DNA of 64,000 bases, taken from NCBI GenBank assembly GCA_963835625.1, contig CAWIGO010000011.1:2174-66173 (forward strand), in the 5' to 3' direction. The notes under the pieces were generated by a model. That model was given only the letters and a program-made list of their open reading frames with translations, did no database searches and had not been told where the DNA came from. The stretch comes from an uncultured Verrucomicrobiae bacterium (GTDB taxonomy: Bacteria > Verrucomicrobiota > Verrucomicrobiia > Limisphaerales > UBA11358). A program made the translations under genes and the position numbers. Of this stretch, positions 27,432 to 35,792 are shown piece by piece. How positions within the stretch are numbered: position 1 is the stretch's first letter; every line of letters begins with the position of its first letter.

Positions 27432-29560
27432 TGGTGGCCAGCTGCGCTTTTCTCCACACCAATCTTTTTCAGGAACGGCTCAATGGAGCGTGGCCGGCCG
27501 AGAAACTTCTCGATGGAAACATTGATGTCGCGCGAATCACCAACCTGGTAAATCTCGCGGCGCAATTTCATGCCGGCGGTCTTGTCGAAGAAGCCGTCCG
27601 GTGAATTTTCAAATACCGTCGCCATGTCCGCCGCGATGGTGTCCGCCCAGGCGTAGCCGTAATAACCCGCGCCGTAGCCGATGATGTGGCCGAAGTAAGC
27701 CACGGACGCCGTGTCCGGCGGCACTGGCAGGGACACCTCGCTCAGGACCTTGTTTGATAACGGCACCACGTCATCTGCATTCGTCGCGTGGATTTGCGTG
27801 TGCAATGCCAAATCCATCAGGCCGAACGCAAGTTGCCGGCGGTAAAAAGTCCCTTCCGTCGCCAGCCGTGAGGCCTTGAGTTGATTCAAAACGTCCTGCG
27901 GGATTTTTTTGTTCGGATCGCGGTAGTCCGCCGCAAAACTGTCTAAGACCTTTTTGTCCCACGGCCAGTTTTCCAGCATCTGCGACGGCGCCTCGACAAA
28001 ATCCTGCGGCACGCTGGTGCCGGAAAAACGCGAATATTTCGCCTGGGTCAGAATTGTGTGCATCGCGTGGCCGAATTCATGGAAGATTGTCTCGACCTCG
28101 TCATGGGACATAAGCGACGGTTTGTCCGGTTGGGGCGGCGGGAAATTGCAGATGAGCGCGCAGACAGGGCGTTGATATTTCCCATCCGGCAGCAGTTTCC
28201 CTTCGGTGATGCCGAATTGCGCGAAGTGATTGTATTTGCCCTCGCGCGGAAACATGTCGAGGTAGAACAGCCCCAGCGGCTGGCCGGTCTTCGCATCGGA
28301 CACGGTGTAGAGTTGCAGATCGCCGATCCATTTGTAAGGCGGCTCAACCCGCTCGAATTTCAAATCAAAAATACGCTGATAAATCGCGAACAAACCCTCC
28401 AGCACGCGTTCGTATGGGAAATAAACACGCAACTGTTCGGCATCGACGTTGTATTTTGTTTTCTTCAATTCGTTCGCAAAATAACGCCAGTCCCAGACGT
28501 AAATTTTGGCATTCGGGTCGCCGGTCTCCTTGATTTTCAACTGGCGGAACTCCTCCAGTTCCGCGTTGAATTTCGGTTGCAGGCCTGTTTTCAGGTTTTG
28601 CTCAAAATCAATGGCGGTTGCGGCATTTTTCACCATGCGAACTTCCGTGGCATAATCGGCGTAACTGGCGTAACCCAGCCGGTGGGCGATTTCATCCCGG
28701 AGCACCAAAATTTTCTGCAACAACGGAATGTTCTCATCCCGTGCCAGATTGCACTGTGCGACCATCATGCGCTTGCGCGTGTCCTCGCGCTTCGCGTTGT
28801 CCTCGACCATGATGTAATGGAAGGTAATGTTCGCCTTCAAGGTGTACTCGCCGTCGCCGGTCTTGATGCCTTCCTGTGCCAGGAACGCCTCGGGTATCCC
28901 TTCGAGCTCGGCCTGCGAAAACTTCAAGGAGTTCATTGCCTTCGTAACGTTATTCTCAAAATCCGTTTCCAGCGCGGTCAGTTGTTTGCGTAATTTCTCG
29001 ACTTCATCGCGTTGAGCCTTCGGCAATTCCAACCCGGCCCGGCGATAATCGCGCAGTGTCTCGTCGAAAAGTTTTTTGTCCTCGCCGACCAGTTGCGGCT
29101 TCGTGTCCGCGTAGGCCTTCACGGCCGCGTAAACATCCTCGCGGTAATCAGTGCCCACCGACCAATCGTCGAGTTGCTTGATGGCGTCCGTCGCCGCGTC
29201 GCGCACGGCGGCGTTGGTGCTCGTTTGCTGGATCAATTCGAGCCGGTTTTCGGGCGTTTGAACCGAATAACCAATGTCATCGAGCGCACGAATCGTATTG
29301 GTGAAATTGACTTCATCGGGCTTGAGTCCGCCGATGCAGTCAAGCGCGGTGTTGCCGGAGGCGATGACGTTCGTAACCGTGGTTGCGACTTCGTCGGGCG
29401 TTGTTTCAAACACCGGCACGGCGACGACCTCGTTGAACGCCGCCGCTTTTTTCTGAAATGCTGCCAGTGAACCCGTTGGAATCGGTTTGGGTTTCGGAAC
29501 GCTGGTGCAGCCGGCGGTGATCAGAGCCAGAATGAAAAAACAGTAATATCTCAAACACAT
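27428..29560 (-). CDS. M3 family metallopeptidase (oligopeptidase A / Dcp-like), predicted lipoprotein
   Basis: HEFGH zinc motif (FHEFGHAMH). Lipobox LITAGC after the internal Met; the ORF extends to 29593. Confidence 0.88.
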   Translation of the reverse strand: MCLRYYCFFILALITAGCTSVPKPKPIPTGSLAAFQKKAAAFNEVVAVPVFETTPDEVATTVTNVIASGNTALDCIGGLKPDEVNFTNTIRALDDIGYSVQTPENRLELIQQTSTNAAVRDAATDAIKQLDDWSVGTDYREDVYAAVKAYADTKPQLVGEDKKLFDETLRDYRRAGLELPKAQRDEVEKLRKQLTALETDFENNVTKAMNSLKFSQAELEGIPEAFLAQEGIKTGDGEYTLKANITFHYIMVEDNAKREDTRKRMMVAQCNLARDENIPLLQKILVLRDEIAHRLGYASYADYATEVRMVKNAATAIDFEQNLKTGLQPKFNAELEEFRQLKIKETGDPNAKIYVWDWRYFANELKKTKYNVDAEQLRVYFPYERVLEGLFAIYQRIFDLKFERVEPPYKWIGDLQLYTVSDAKTGQPLGLFYLDMFPREGKYNHFAQFGITEGKLLPDGKYQRPVCALICNFPPPQPDKPSLMSHDEVETIFHEFGHAMHTILTQAKYSRFSGTSVPQDFVEAPSQMLENWPWDKKVLDSFAADYRDPNKKIPQDVLNQLKASRLATEGTFYRRQLAFGLMDLALHTQIHATNADDVVPLSNKVLSEVSLPVPPDTASVAYFGHIIGYGAGYYGYAWADTIAADMATVFENSPDGFFDKTAGMKLRREIYQVGDSRDINVSIEKFLGRPRSIEPFLKKIGVEKSAAGHQ

Positions 29561-29671
29561 GCGTCTGAACCTATTGGCAGTGGCAACCGGCAATCAAGAC
29601 GAATTAGCATGCCCGAATTGACTTTCGACGGCCCCATAAATCTGGCATCCAAGACGTGGAATTTGCCAACC

Positions 29672-29776
29672 ATGCTGCTGCTCGAAATTAAGAATCTCAA
29701 AATGGACTTCGGCACCGGCACCGACACCTTGCGCGCCATGGATGGCGTGTCGTTGAAGATTGACGCGCGGAAGTAA
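29672..29776 (+). pseudogene. Remnant of an ABC transporter ATP-binding subunit (N-terminal 34 codons only)
   Basis: My translation is MLLLEIKNLKMDFGTGTDTLRAMDGVSLKIDARK-stop. This is the canonical ABC-ATPase N-terminus up to just before Walker A, terminated 22 nt from the tRNA-Gly 3-prime end. Confidence 0.5.
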
Positions 29777-29798
29777 ACGGTTTGTGCTCCGTTGAAGA

Positions 29799-29872
29799 TG
29801 GAGCGGGCGAAGGGAATCGAACCCTCATGTGAAGCTTGGAAGGCTTCCGTTCTACCACTGAACTACGCCCGC
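29799..29872 (-). tRNA. tRNA-Gly (anticodon UCC)
   Basis: The reverse complement folds as a cloverleaf: GCGGGCG-TA-GTTC-AGTGGTA-GAAC-G-GAAGC-CTTCCAA-GCTTC-ACAT-GAGGG-TTCGATT-CCCTT-CGCCCGC-T-CCA. CCA is encoded. Confidence 0.93.
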
Positions 29873-29940
29873 TTTTAAAAGCGCAAACATCTTACCGCCC
29901 GCGCTTGCCTTGTCAACCGCCCCACGTTATTCTCCCCGCG

Positions 29941-31323
29941 ATGAACTCGCTGCTTTTGATCGGCGGGCGAGTTATAGACCCCGCCAATCGCTTCGACGCC
30001 GTCGCCAATTTGCTTGTCGTTAACGGAAAAATTTCCGCTGTCGGCAAAGATGCCGCAGCCGGAGCGCCAAAAGAAATCGAGCGATTCAATGTCAAAGGGA
30101 AAATTGTTTGTCCCGGCCTGATTGATTTGCACGTTCATTTGCGCGAACCGGGTCAAACCGCCAAGGAAAATCTCGCCACTGGCACCGCTGCCGCCGCGCG
30201 TGGCGGCTTCACTTCGGTTGTTTGCATGCCCAACACGTCGCCGACGATTGACAACGCCGGCACCGTCGCGCTGATTCATGAACACTCCGCGCGCGAAGGT
30301 CTCGTCAACGTGTTCGTCGCCGGTGCAATCACAAAAAATATCGCGGGCGAAGAGCTCGCACCCATCGGCAGTTTGAAACGCGCCGGCGTCGTGGCCATCA
30401 CTGACGACGGCCACTGCGTGCAAAACAACGAACTCATGCGTCGGGCGTGTGAATACGCAAAAATGTTCGGTCTGCCGGTGATGGATCATTGTCAGGATTA
30501 CTCGCTCGTGACCGACGGCGTGATGCACGAAGGTTATTGGAGCACGGTGCTCGGCCTGCGCGGCTGGCCGGCGGCGGGCGAGGAAATGATTGTCGCGCGA
30601 AACATTTTGCTGGCCGGACTCACTGGCACCCGCATCCATTGCCAGCACCTGAGCACGGCGGGCAGCGTGCAGTTGCTGCGCGAAGCGAAAAAACGCGGCG
30701 TGCCAATTTCCAGTGAAGCATGTCCGCACCATTTCACGCTCACGGATGCGGCAGTGGCCGGCAGTGAAAAATTCTGGGGCAACGATGGAAAAATTCTAGC
30801 GAAATTCCAAAATGGCGAACTTCCTGAATGGCCGGCTTACGACACGAATTTTAAAATGAATCCGCCGTTGCGTTCCGCGCGCGACCGCGAGGCGATTCTC
30901 GAAGGACTGGCTGATGGGACGATTGAAATTCTGTGCAGCGACCACGCGCCACATTGCGATTACGAAAAGGAAGTCGAATTTGATTACGCGCCGTTCGGTG
31001 TCACCGGGCTGGAAACCGAACTTGCGCTCGCGCTGATGCAATTGGTTCACGCCAAACGGATTTCGCTGCCGGACTTGGTTGCGAAATTCACTGTCAATCC
31101 GGCGCGCCTGCTGAATTTGGAAAAAGGCACGTTGAGCATTGGATCGGACGCGGACGTGACGGTGTTCGATCCTGACCGCGAATGGGTTTTTCGTGTGGAA
31201 GAATCGGCGAGCAAATCGAAAAACAGCCCGTTCTTCAGCTGGAAGCTTAAAGGTAAAGCGGTGGCAACGATTGTCGGCGGCAAAAAGGTTTATGTTGAGC
31301 AGCCGGAACTGGCGGCAGTCTAA
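29941..31323 (+). CDS. pyrC: Dihydroorotase (multifunctional-complex type)
   Basis: DLHVHLREPG metal-binding motif and the SDHAPH motif. Start at ATG 29941, because the ORF extension overlaps the tRNA. Confidence 0.92.
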   Translation: MNSLLLIGGRVIDPANRFDAVANLLVVNGKISAVGKDAAAGAPKEIERFNVKGKIVCPGLIDLHVHLREPGQTAKENLATGTAAAARGGFTSVVCMPNTSPTIDNAGTVALIHEHSAREGLVNVFVAGAITKNIAGEELAPIGSLKRAGVVAITDDGHCVQNNELMRRACEYAKMFGLPVMDHCQDYSLVTDGVMHEGYWSTVLGLRGWPAAGEEMIVARNILLAGLTGTRIHCQHLSTAGSVQLLREAKKRGVPISSEACPHHFTLTDAAVAGSEKFWGNDGKILAKFQNGELPEWPAYDTNFKMNPPLRSARDREAILEGLADGTIEILCSDHAPHCDYEKEVEFDYAPFGVTGLETELALALMQLVHAKRISLPDLVAKFTVNPARLLNLEKGTLSIGSDADVTVFDPDREWVFRVEESASKSKNSPFFSWKLKGKAVATIVGGKKVYVEQPELAAV

Positions 31324-31342
31324 TTCAGGAACCTATTAAATC

Positions 31343-31780
31343 ATGAAAAAAATTCTCATCGCAATGCTGGCTGCCACGGTGTTTTGGCAGGTGAACGCGG
31401 CGGAATCCACATGGCTGACCGATCTGCCTAAGGCCGAGGCCAAGGCGAAAGCCGAAAACAAAATTGTGCTCGTGGACTTCACCGGCTCGGACTGGTGCGG
31501 CTGGTGTATCAAGTTCAAGAAGGAAGTACTCGACACGGCGGAATTTCAGGAATATGCCGCGAAAAACGTCGTGCTCGTGGAACTGGATTATCCGCACAAA
31601 AAAGTCCAGGCGGACGACTTGAAGAAAGCCAACGCCGCGTTAAAAACCCAATTCAACGTCCACGGTTTTCCAACGCTGCTCGTGTTGGACAAGAACGGCA
31701 AGGAAATCGGCAGGCAGGTCGGCTATTCCAAGGGCGGTCCCCAGGCGTTCATCACCAAGCTGGAAGGATTCAAAAAATAA
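31343..31780 (+). CDS. Secreted thioredoxin-fold protein (CGWC active site)
   Basis: Signal peptide MKKILIAMLAATVFWQVNAA. FTGSDWCGWC motif. 145 aa. Confidence 0.8.
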   Translation: MKKILIAMLAATVFWQVNAAESTWLTDLPKAEAKAKAENKIVLVDFTGSDWCGWCIKFKKEVLDTAEFQEYAAKNVVLVELDYPHKKVQADDLKKANAALKTQFNVHGFPTLLVLDKNGKEIGRQVGYSKGGPQAFITKLEGFKK

Positions 31781-31805
31781 GGTTTTTCCTGGTCGTTTCT
31801 TTTCG

Positions 31806-31838
31806 GGCGCGGCAAAAAACTGCCGCGCCTGTTTTGTT
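31806..31838 (+). terminator. Rho-independent terminator
   Basis: GGCGCGGCA-AAAAAC-TGCCGCGCC followed by TGTTTTGTT. Confidence 0.75.
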
Positions 31839-31884
31839 AAAACTTGAACCGACAGCGCCGCGACTTTAGCATGACTCGATTTTG

Positions 31885-33045
31885 ATGAAAGCGATTCTGG
31901 CACTTGAAGACGGTTCCGTATTTCACGGGCAGGGTTTTGGCGCGTGCGCGTCCGCGTGCGGCGAAGTCTGCTTCAACACCTCGATGACCGGCTATCAGGA
32001 AATCCTCACCGATCCCTCCTACAAAGCTCAGATCGTCACGATGACCTATCCGCTCATCGGTAATTACGGCGTCAATGCGGTGGATGTTGAATCATGGCAG
32101 CCACACGTCGCGGGTTTTGTGATTCGCGAACTGTCACCGGTCATGAGCAATTGGCGCGCGGATTTTTCGCTCGCGGAATATCTGGAAAAAAACGGGATTC
32201 CCGGAATTCAAGGCGTGGACACGCGCGCGTTGACCAAAAAACTTCGTGTGCGTGGCGCGCTCAACGGTTTTATTTCGACGGAGAAAATTTCAGACGCCGA
32301 AGCGGTTTCGCGCGCAAAAAACTGGCCGGGATTGGTCGGCGTGGATTACGTCAGGGAAGTCACGCACAAGGAAGCATTTCGCTGGGACGAAAGGGACGAG
32401 CAAAGCGCGAACTTCAAGCTCATCTCCGGCAACACGCTGATTGAAGCTCGCGGTGTGCGTGACCCGTTGCCGCCGGCGGATATTCCCATCGTTGCGTTCG
32501 ATTACGGAATGAAATACAACATCCTGCGCCGGTTGAGGCAGCACGGTTTCGCGGTGCAGGTATTGCCAGCCACCGCGTCGGCTGCTGATGCGCTCAAATA
32601 TAAACCGGCGGGCATTTTTCTCTCGAACGGTCCCGGCGATCCGGCGGCGCTCGACTACATCGTGCGCGAGGTCAAAGCGCTCATGAACACCGGCATTCCC
32701 ATTTTCGGGATTTGCCTCGGCCTCCAGATTCTCGGCCAGGCATTCGGCGGAAAAACCTTCAAACTGAAGTTTGGTCATCATGGCGCGAATCAGCCGGTGA
32801 AGGATTTGGAATCCGGCAAGGTCGAAATCACGGCGCAAAATCACGGCTTTGCCATTGACCCCCAGAGTTTGCCGTCGGACGTTTTCATTGACCGAATCAA
32901 TTTAAACGACCAGACCGTTGAAGGGATGAGGCACAAAACGAAGCCGATTTTTTGCGTGCAATATCACCCTGAAGCCTCGCCCGGCCCGCATGATTCAACG
33001 CCATTATTCGCCAGATTTCGCACGATGATTGAACGGCGGAATTGA
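31885..33045 (+). CDS. carA: Carbamoyl-phosphate synthase small (glutaminase) subunit
   Basis: Class I GATase triad region GICLGLQ and HHGANQPV. No carB follows. Confidence 0.95.
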   Translation: MKAILALEDGSVFHGQGFGACASACGEVCFNTSMTGYQEILTDPSYKAQIVTMTYPLIGNYGVNAVDVESWQPHVAGFVIRELSPVMSNWRADFSLAEYLEKNGIPGIQGVDTRALTKKLRVRGALNGFISTEKISDAEAVSRAKNWPGLVGVDYVREVTHKEAFRWDERDEQSANFKLISGNTLIEARGVRDPLPPADIPIVAFDYGMKYNILRRLRQHGFAVQVLPATASAADALKYKPAGIFLSNGPGDPAALDYIVREVKALMNTGIPIFGICLGLQILGQAFGGKTFKLKFGHHGANQPVKDLESGKVEITAQNHGFAIDPQSLPSDVFIDRINLNDQTVEGMRHKTKPIFCVQYHPEASPGPHDSTPLFARFRTMIERRN

Positions 33046-33059
33046 GCCTTTATTTGCGT

Positions 33060-33087
33060 TTGACTTGAAGCGCGTCGTGGTCATAAT
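33060..33087 (+). promoter_or_regulatory. Sigma-70-like promoter (TTGACT, 16 nt, CATAAT)
   Basis: Near-consensus hexamers 15-40 nt upstream of the FHA gene start. Confidence 0.4.
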
Positions 33088-33102
33088 CAGCTTACCGTAG
33101 TT

Positions 33103-33660
33103 ATGGCCAAACTCGTTATCCTAACTCAGGGCATGAATGGTCGTGCCTGCGAATTGAAAGTGGATAAAACCACCGTCGGTCGCGTCGAGGATAACATGTT
33201 CCCAATCCCCGATCAGTCCGTTTCCAGCCATCATTGCGAGGTGCTCTTGCGCGGAAGCGATGTGGTCGTCAAGGATTTGAATTCCACAAATGGCACGTTC
33301 ATCGGCGACGAAAAAATCACCGAAAGCGTCTTGAAACCGGGCCAGACGCTGCGGCTCGGCCAGGTGGAATTGCGACTCGAAACCGGCGCGGCGGGAACGC
33401 CAACCGCATCTGTACCGTCGGCAGCCCCAACACCACCGCGAGGCAAGAAGAAGGATTCCACCATGGTCATGCCGCGCGGTGTCAGCCTGAGCGATCTGGA
33501 AAGCGGTGGCGAACACACGGTGGTTCTCGATGCCAACAAGGCGTTTTCCAAAAAGCACGATCGAGTTGGCATCTATTTCTGGGTTTTCGCCGGGGTTGTT
33601 ATTCTCGTCATTGTTGTTCTGCTCATGATCGCCTTCTCGCAGATCAAGAAGGGGCACTGA
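33103..33660 (+). CDS. FHA domain-containing protein with C-terminal transmembrane anchor
   Basis: FHA core (TVGRVEDNMFPIPDQSVSSHHCEV...NSTNGTFI) and C-terminal TM IYFWVFAGVVILVIVVLLMIAF. Confidence 0.8.
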   Translation: MAKLVILTQGMNGRACELKVDKTTVGRVEDNMFPIPDQSVSSHHCEVLLRGSDVVVKDLNSTNGTFIGDEKITESVLKPGQTLRLGQVELRLETGAAGTPTASVPSAAPTPPRGKKKDSTMVMPRGVSLSDLESGGEHTVVLDANKAFSKKHDRVGIYFWVFAGVVILVIVVLLMIAFSQIKKGH

Positions 33661-33675
33661 AAGCCAGCCGCGGCC

Positions 33676-34371
33676 ATGAAACCGCGCCTCTCAAATCAAA
33701 GAACCATCGCATTGACGATGGTTGAAGTGTTGGTGGTAATTTGCGTGGTTGGAGTTCTTGCTGTCTGGCTCTTATTTGCGTTCGCAGCTTGTTACAGCCC
33801 ACGAAAACCCATTGATTGTATCAGCGATCTCCGGCAAATCGGCCTCTCTTACCGGGTTTGGGCTGGCGACAACGGCGATAAATATCCGATGCAGGCTTCC
33901 GTGACAAATGGCGGCGCAATGGAGTTGGTTGCCACTGGAAATGTCGCCGCCGTTTTTGAAGTGATGTCCAACGCATTGTCCACGCCAAAACTTTTAATCT
34001 GCCCGCAAGACACCAAATCCATTCTGGCAACCAATTTCGGGCGTGGTTTCAACAACTCAAACATCAGCTACTTCGTCGGCTTGGATGCCGACCAAACAAA
34101 TCCGCAAATGCTTCTTTCCGGCGACGACAATTTCGCCATCGGCGGCGTTCCCGTTAAATCCGGCTTGTTGCAACTTTCGACGAGTTCACCCATAGCTTGG
34201 ACTTCCGGGCGTCATGTTTCGTACAACTCCCACTTTTGGACGGCGGCGCGGTATAAATTTGTCGGTAACATCGGCCTTGCCGATGGCACTGTTCAGCAAT
34301 TGACTACGGATGGGTTGCAACAGGCGCTTCAGCGAACCGGCGTTGCCACGAATCGGTTGGCGATTCCATGA
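33676..34371 (+). CDS. Type II secretion/type IV pilin-like protein (prepilin N-terminal helix, H-X9-DG/DUF1559-like C-terminus)
   Basis: N-terminal ALTMVEVLVVICVVGVLAV hydrophobic helix. C-terminal NIGLADGTVQ resembles the DUF1559 signature abundant in PVC bacteria. Confidence 0.7.
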   Translation: MKPRLSNQRTIALTMVEVLVVICVVGVLAVWLLFAFAACYSPRKPIDCISDLRQIGLSYRVWAGDNGDKYPMQASVTNGGAMELVATGNVAAVFEVMSNALSTPKLLICPQDTKSILATNFGRGFNNSNISYFVGLDADQTNPQMLLSGDDNFAIGGVPVKSGLLQLSTSSPIAWTSGRHVSYNSHFWTAARYKFVGNIGLADGTVQQLTTDGLQQALQRTGVATNRLAIP

Positions 34372-34375
34372 TAAG

Positions 34376-34429
34376 GTAGGGCTCGCTGTCCCAGCGAGCC
34401 GCGGCGCGATAGGGACATCGCGCCCTACC
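34376..34429. repeat. REP/REPIN-like element, copy C (54 nt)
   Basis: GTAGGGCTCGCTGTCCCAGCGAGCC-GCGGCGCGATAGGGACATCGCGCCCTACC. Near-identical to the copy inside uvrC. Confidence 0.85.
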
Positions 34430-34436
34430 AATCCCC

Positions 34437-34467
34437 GATTCGCGTCAATTCGTGAAATTCGCGTCAC
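34437..34467. repeat. Three direct AATTCGYG units at 10- and 9-nt spacing
   Basis: GATTCGCGTC-AATTCGTGA-AATTCGCGTC. The same arrangement recurs at 60811..60840. Confidence 0.7.
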
Positions 34468-34515
34468 AATTTTCCCTTCTGGCTTCCGGCTTTCAGCTTC
34501 CGTATTCTGCAGCGT

Positions 34516-35662
34516 ATGTTTGAAACGGTCAAAACGGAAATCACGACAGCCACGGAGAAACTCGCGCACCTGCGGAGGTTTCTTTGACGTACCCGCCACG
34601 CAAAAACGTCTGGGCGAACTCAACGCCCTGATGGCCGCCGATAATTTTTGGAACAACCGCGAAAAGGCGCAGGCGCTGATTGACGAGGCCAATTCGCTCC
34701 GCAACAAAATCGAGCCATTGCTCCAGGCGGAAAAACATCTGGAGGATTTCCGCGTGATGCTCGAACTCGGCGAGGCCGAGCCGCCCGAAGCGCAGCCGAA
34801 AATTCTTCAGGAACTCGAGACCGACCTCAAAAGATTCTTACAGGAACTCAATTCGCTCGAATTGAAGGTTTTTTTGAGCGGACCGCATGACCGGAAAAAT
34901 TGCATCCTGAGCATCAACGCCGGCGCGGGTGGCACCGAGGCGCAGGATTGGGCGGAAATGCTCTCGCGCATGTATCAGCGCTGGGCCGAATCGCACGGCT
35001 GGGAAATCGAAGTCACCGACGCGCTGTCCGGCGAAGGCGCAGGACTCAAGAGCATAACCATGTTGATTCAAGGTGAAAACGCCTATGGTTTCACCAAGGC
35101 CGAGCGCGGCGTGCATCGGCTTGTGCGCATCTCGCCGTTCGATGCCAACAAACGCCGCCATACCAGCTTCGCCAGCGTGGACGTGATTGCGGAAATCGAG
35201 GAAAACAATTCGGGAATTGTCATTCCGCCGAATGAATTTCAAATTGACACATTCCGTTCCGGCGGTAAAGGCGGCCAGAACGTGAACAAGGTCGAAACCG
35301 CCGTGCGTATCACACACATTCCAACAGGCCTGATCGTCGCGTCGCAAACGCAGCGGTCACAACACCAGAATCGCGCCACGGCGATGAAGTTGTTGCTTTC
35401 GCGGATTTACGCGCAGCGGCTGGATGCGCAAAAAGCCGATATGGAACGCTTTTACGGCGAGAAAGGCAGCATCTCGTGGGGCAACCAGATTCGCAGCTAC
35501 GTCTTCCAACCGTATCGCATGGTGAAAGATTTGCGCACCGGTGTCGAAACAAGCAATGTTCAAGCCGTTATGGACGGCGATTTGGATGCGTTCGTGAATG
35601 GCTGGCTCCGCGCCGGTTGTCCGATGAAACGGATGCAGGGAGTGAAAGACGAGGAAGAATAA
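34516..35662 (+). CDS. prfB: Peptide chain release factor 2, expressed by programmed +1 frameshift (34516..34584 joined to 34586..35662)
   Basis: Frame 0 gives MFETVKTEITTATEKLAHLRRFL, then in-frame TGA at 34585. The +1 frame continues DVPATQKRLGEL... and contains SPF and GGQ motifs. Classical CTT TGA C site preceded by GGAGG. Confidence 0.95.
34574..34588 (+). promoter_or_regulatory. RF2 autoregulatory frameshift site (internal SD-like GGAGG, then CUU UGA C)
   Basis: GGAGGTTTCTTTGAC read directly. Matches the conserved prfB recoding signal. Confidence 0.9.
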
Positions 35663-35787
35663 AATGACTAAACCATAATGACGAATGACCAAAGAATTTC
35701 CCAATGTCTAAATAGCAAATGGCGCACACGACTTGGTCATTTGTGCTTTGTCATTCTTTAGTCATTAGGATTTATTCATTCGTCATT
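35663..35787. repeat. AT-rich imperfect palindromic element built from heptamers (AATGACN ... NGTCATT)
   Basis: The left arm AATGACT AAACCAT AATGACG AATGACC AAAGAAT pairs with the right arm ...TGTCATT CTTTAGTCATT ... TCATTCGTCATT. The 12-nt AATGACGAATGA/TCATTCGTCATT match is perfect. Confidence 0.75.
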
Positions 35788-35792
35788 TTCCC

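Noticed and set aside
29836-29940. Upstream extension of the pyrC ORF
   Set aside because: It overlaps the tRNA-Gly gene. The dihydroorotase alignment begins at MNSLLLIGGRVID (ATG 29941).
34310-34515. Upstream part of the 450-aa ORF 34310..35662
   Set aside because: It overlaps the pseudopilin stop, the REP element and the AATTCGYG repeats. Genuine RF2 starts at 34516 in another frame and joins this frame by the programmed +1 shift.
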